A stretch of 20,669 nucleotides of DNA. It comes from an uncultured archaeon (GTDB lineage: Archaea; Altiarchaeota; Altiarchaeia; IMC4; SCGC-AAA252-I15). A program made the translations under genes and the position numbers. This document shows, one piece after another, positions 18,901-20,669 of the stretch (position 1 is the first letter of the stretch; each line of letters begins with the position of its first letter). The DNA lies in the NCBI GenBank assembly GCA_902384455.1, contig CABMCB010000021.1, positions 1-20,669 of the forward strand, in the 5' to 3' direction. A model generated the notes under the pieces. It was not told where the DNA came from, searched no databases, and saw nothing but the letters and a program-made list of their open reading frames with translations.

Positions 18901-20669
18901 ATCTAAACTTGTCTTAGTTACCCAAAGCGACGACGGCTACTTGGACGCATACGTGTGCACCAATCTGTGTAACAGAAAATCTTCATGGAACGTCACAAAC
19001 AACATAGGGCAAGTCTGGTCTGCAGCCCCCGCTACATCTTACCGCGGGTTTGACATAGCCTTTGAGTCGAGCACAGGAAACCTGACTGTAGTTTACTCGG
19101 TAGTCGACGCCATCGGAACGCATGACCTCGCATACAAAATACTGCAGGAACCCAACGTAGACTTCACAGGGCTAACAGAACAGTACATAGACGACACGAC
19201 CATTGGCACAGACATCCAGTACTCTTGGGTTGCTGTGGACGGAAATCCCCTGAACTCAAGCAGTGAAATAATTGCGGTCGGATTCGACTCTTCCAGCAAC
19301 GACATAGACGCGTGGGTTTGGAACGGAAACAGTTGGGGTAACCAGCAGGAGTTGACAACGACAGCCACAAGAAGCGCCGGCTACGAAGTGATAGGCGTCA
19401 AATACACCACCGACGGCACGCAAGGTATGGTGCTTGGCGGAGGAGAAAACGCGGTCAGAGGAGGAATAAACACTTACTACTGGGACGGCAACGCATGGAA
19501 CAACGCAGTACGATTCGACATAGACGCCGGCGACAACAACGACGACCGCTTCTTAACCCTAAAAACAGACCCCGCATCCAACAAAAACCTACAGGCAGTG
19601 TTCGTCGACAGCGGAAACGACCTACACACAGCATACTGGGACGGAAACACATGGGCGGTCACAAGCAACATAGACACAGACGTCGACGCAATAACGACAC
19701 GGCCAGCAGACTTCGAATGGAACCCGACAGGCTCAACAGGACAAGTAATATGGGATAGTGATGTCGCCTCCTCCACATTATACAAAAGAGACTGTTCCCC
19801 ACAGTGTACCTCATCAAACACAACCTTCTCAACGTACGCGGGAACCGGAGCCTGGCTCACCCTATACCAAAGTCCAACAGGCTCAAGCAACATAAACATA
19901 CTCGGCGTGAGACTAAACGACGCGTTCGACATAGGCTCATTCTACTACAACGGCACAGCTTACGTCAACATCGGAGATTCGGCAATAACGGCAGACACCA
20001 CCGTCTCAACATATGAGGCATACGGTTTAGCCCACGTCAAAGACAAAAGACCGCCGTCACTATGGTTCGTCCCCATAACCCTTGAGAACAACACAAACCA
20101 GACAGTCCTCTGGGTTTACGTAAACGTCACGTCAAACGAAATACTGAACTCCGCGCTTCTGGAATGGAATGGAGTTAACGAGACTATGTTCGCTTACGAC
20201 CTGTCGGGAGTCAATTGGTTCATAAACAAATCCGGACTATCCCTCGGCACATACACCTACAAGGTATACGGGCAAGACCTTGCCGGCAACTGGAACAAAA
20301 CCGACCTAAATACGGTCCGAATAGTCGACAATAGTAGCCCCACCTACTCCAATGTGGTGCAGACGTTAAGTGGGGTTTCAAGTAATGTGCTGCACCGCAA
20401 CGAAACAATGAACCTGTCCGCTGACTGGGCAGACGACTGGGGATTAAATGCGGCTTGGCTTGAAACTAATGAAAGTGACAGTTGGGCTAACCTCACCCAA
20501 TACAGTTCTCCACTACCATTTAGCGGATTAAGTAACCGTTCAAGTTTCTTGTGGAGTAACGGCACGTTCCTGCCCGGCAAGTCAATTGGTTGGCGTGTTC
20601 ACGGCAACGACAGCGACAACAACGTGAACAGTACGCCTGTTTCTTCGTTCACTGTTTGGGGTTGGGTTA
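12926..20669 (+). CDS. Giant secreted repetitive surface glycoprotein, >2,580 aa; runs off the right edge
   Basis: Not in the ORF track. ATG 12926 overlaps the upstream TGA (ATGA). Signal peptide MRKSVILVLLVFIAFSSAADA. The same frame gives repeat-consistent protein at every point checked, up to the last codons (SSFTVWGWV), and the track lists no stop-terminated ORF in this frame. Confidence 0.9.
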   Translation, partial: MRKSVILVLLVFIAFSSAADASSAVIAYRSNTGSSTTSSPKIKFWNPTGAGSWGSEIELATAGSPVRYALIKQSPITSKIVLVTQSDDGNLDGYVCTYNCTFAASWTVSNNIANVWASAPGTSSRRFDIAFESNSGDLLLVYGVVNTSGACDLGYKVLPESSSDFSALTAANCINDNSIGTDIQYSWVSLDRNPLSSSDVIILGAFDSTGNDASGWVWNGSNWGNQQEIGTAFTRTGGLEVVNAKYTTDGTQGMVMVGGDNGVRGGFISYYWGGASWTSVGTVDVDTTDNNDIQWNTLKADPASNKYLQAVLIDSGSDLHTGFWNGTGWNVTANIDLQVDLATARCADVEWNPSGSTGKLVWDTDTAAGTTISEITCNPRCSVATTTPSTYASSGDWISLYSNPTDAETTNILGVRLDATPDTGSFTWDGTGYTNYGDAAITTDPNVATYESYYVAFKVDKKPPLLTLVAPTPDASQNINNQNWVMVNVTSNEVLDTALLEWQGANYSMARYDAVNKIFNLTKNGLAPGSYTYKVWGNDTNNNWNASETRTVTLVDQAPTYTNVVQQTMFQVATTHLHRNDTMNLSADWDEYWSLNRAWLETNEGGSWHNVTQYGSQMNIAGTTNRTSFYWTNSTFLPGTSISWKIHANDTSNKVNSTPTNSFTIWGWANTSTALNMSVVLINNNVQVFCRVRDLQDGSGVANYLVNVMNGTSVVAVGSTDAQGWFNTTYAPPITGNVVVSCNISSNASLFYNKTVDSSATLRGAAPPMYTNVVELLYGVASGVVHRNETLNLSAAWTDDQTLDKARLETNESGSWANLTQYGSPISMGGGSFVTNFLWSNSTFAPGRSIGWRIHSNDSDHYVNSNPVNSFTVWGWANTSTALNQSIILVNRPVQVFCRVGDTQDGSGVANYLVNVMNGTDVVAVGSTDVQGWFNTTYTPPITGNVVVSCNISHNASLFYNKTVDSSASLRAMDYPKYTNVVELLYGVASGVVHRNETLNLSAAWTDDQALDKAILETNESGVWANLSQYGSPISMSGGSFVANFLWSNSTFLPGRSIGWRIHGNDTDSLVNSTPVNSFTVWGWANTSTTLNVTVVLTNRPVVVYCRVLDTQDGSGIANYPVNVMNDSSVFAVGSTDASGWFNTTYTPQTGGSIVISCNISDNASLFYNKTTDSSDTLEATGGNPKYSNVVQLLNGAASNVVHRNETLNLSADWSDESGLDRAWLETNESGTWSNLTQYDSPKVISGLNDESSFLWSNGTFLPGRSIGWRIHGNDTDNNLNSTSLNSFTVWGWANTSTSLNQSTVPLNNPVQVFCRVLDAQDGSGIANYLVNVMNGSDIVATSSTDSQGWFNTTYTPPALGAVTISCNISDNASLFYNKTSGSSANLRAASHPTYSNVVQIINGAPSSVVHRNETLNLSADWNDEYSLNSAWLETNESNVWANLTQYGSTLPISGLSNQSSFLWSNSTFTPGTSIGWRIHANDTDNLINSTPVNSFTVWGWANTSISLNASSTLANYPVEVYCRIRDTQDGSAIQNYPLHIYADTTLVSSGSSDTSGWYNTTYAPSVNGTISISCTITDNAGLYYTAASNSTVALDVSAAYYLNFTAYLPDNSIDQNATITYIDYASQTLAEQNGSLRTYLPVNELYDINLSAVTSHSGIQYARIYQLNLTENKTIKSQIAETYSGTLPTGIQSITPILAINDTSLIYNTSRIALPKNGLLVTTILHCPSWDYQTASCTGDVWEVNSTTDYATEENATHIWFNVTAMQAYAAGARRYHPTLQDINIYNVTSQPNTRTGGTLIDAGTNKTFELQVGYSYRFDLYVNNTGDTNWPINTSDVIYFTGINSSWPVNYSGEVWYNDSSSVYVGGSGEGNVTWDTSLGGTVPSHAMAVFSFVVNITSIGEYGVIFLANDTSAQNASTVDSSALSILQGYTPYTPKTAIAYRSSTGTSGTSSPKARFLNASSNVWGNEVELPTAGSPVRYAVIKQSPVSSKLVLVTQSDDGYLDAYVCTNLCNRKSSWNVTNNIGQVWSAAPATSYRGFDIAFESSTGNLTVVYSVVDAIGTHDLAYKILQEPNVDFTGLTEQYIDDTTIGTDIQYSWVAVDGNPLNSSSEIIAVGFDSSSNDIDAWVWNGNSWGNQQELTTTATRSAGYEVIGVKYTTDGTQGMVLGGGENAVRGGINTYYWDGNAWNNAVRFDIDAGDNNDDRFLTLKTDPASNKNLQAVFVDSGNDLHTAYWDGNTWAVTSNIDTDVDAITTRPADFEWNPTGSTGQVIWDSDVASSTLYKRDCSPQCTSSNTTFSTYAGTGAWLTLYQSPTGSSNINILGVRLNDAFDIGSFYYNGTAYVNIGDSAITADTTVSTYEAYGLAHVKDKRPPSLWFVPITLENNTNQTVLWVYVNVTSNEILNSALLEWNGVNETMFAYDLSGVNWFINKSGLSLGTYTYKVYGQDLAGNWNKTDLNTVRIVDNSSPTYSNVVQTLSGVSSNVLHRNETMNLSADWADDWGLNAAWLETNESDSWANLTQYSSPLPFSGLSNRSSFLWSNGTFLPGKSIGWRVHGNDSDNNVNSTPVSSFTVWGWV
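14600..17720 (+). repeat. Five tandem ~624-627-bp (~208-aa) coding repeats; a sixth copy starts at 20339
   Basis: Units start (PxYxNVV) at 14600, 15227, 15851, 16478, 17102 and 20339. The WGW-coding anchor TGGGGTTGGG lies at 14921, 15545, 16169, 16796, 17420 and 20657. Confidence 0.95.
18746..20669 (+). repeat. Second copy of the N-terminal block (12998-~14930) of the giant protein, offset ~5.74 kb
   Basis: AIAYRSSTG...ELPTAGSPVRYA...VTQSDDG...GTDIQYSWV...KYTTDGTQGMV at 18746+ mirrors VIAYRSNTG...ELATAGSPVRYA... at 12998+. It continues through the Ig-like domain into the 208-aa unit. Confidence 0.93.

Noticed and set aside
12901-20580. Many short ORFs in the track across the right third of the window
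   Set aside because: All overlap the single giant + strand ORF in other frames or antisense, and they recur only because the underlying repeats recur.

Overview
Archaeal chromosomal window: 83-nt archaeal-type tRNAs without encoded CCA, TATA-box promoters, lipobox proteins with Thr-rich linkers and N-sequon-rich surface proteins. The style suggests a DPANN-related lineage such as Altiarchaeota, but this is inference only. Left to right: metX (5' part, runs off the left edge) and metY on the minus strand; two back-to-back 5'-truncated remnants (a 12-Cys domain and a response-regulator receiver half); tRNA-Leu(CAA) followed by a ~136-bp hairpin-bearing insert ending in an exact 21-bp copy of the tRNA 3' end; an orphan 339-aa ORF; a Mg2+ P-type ATPase (mgtA) between two paralogous lipoproteins; tRNA-Leu(TAA); a TPR lipoprotein; GTP-dependent PEP carboxykinase; a Cys-rich lipoprotein; and a two-gene surface-protein operon. 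The operon encodes a LamG-domain protein and a giant secreted protein (>2,580 aa, absent from the ORF track because it has no stop in the window) built from nested repeats of ~624 bp within a ~5.74-kb duplication. No integrase, transposase, CRISPR array or reverse transcriptase is visible. The best candidates for something new are the tRNA-linked mini-element, the giant modular glycoprotein and sub-kilobase AC/GT strand-skew patches that cut across genes.
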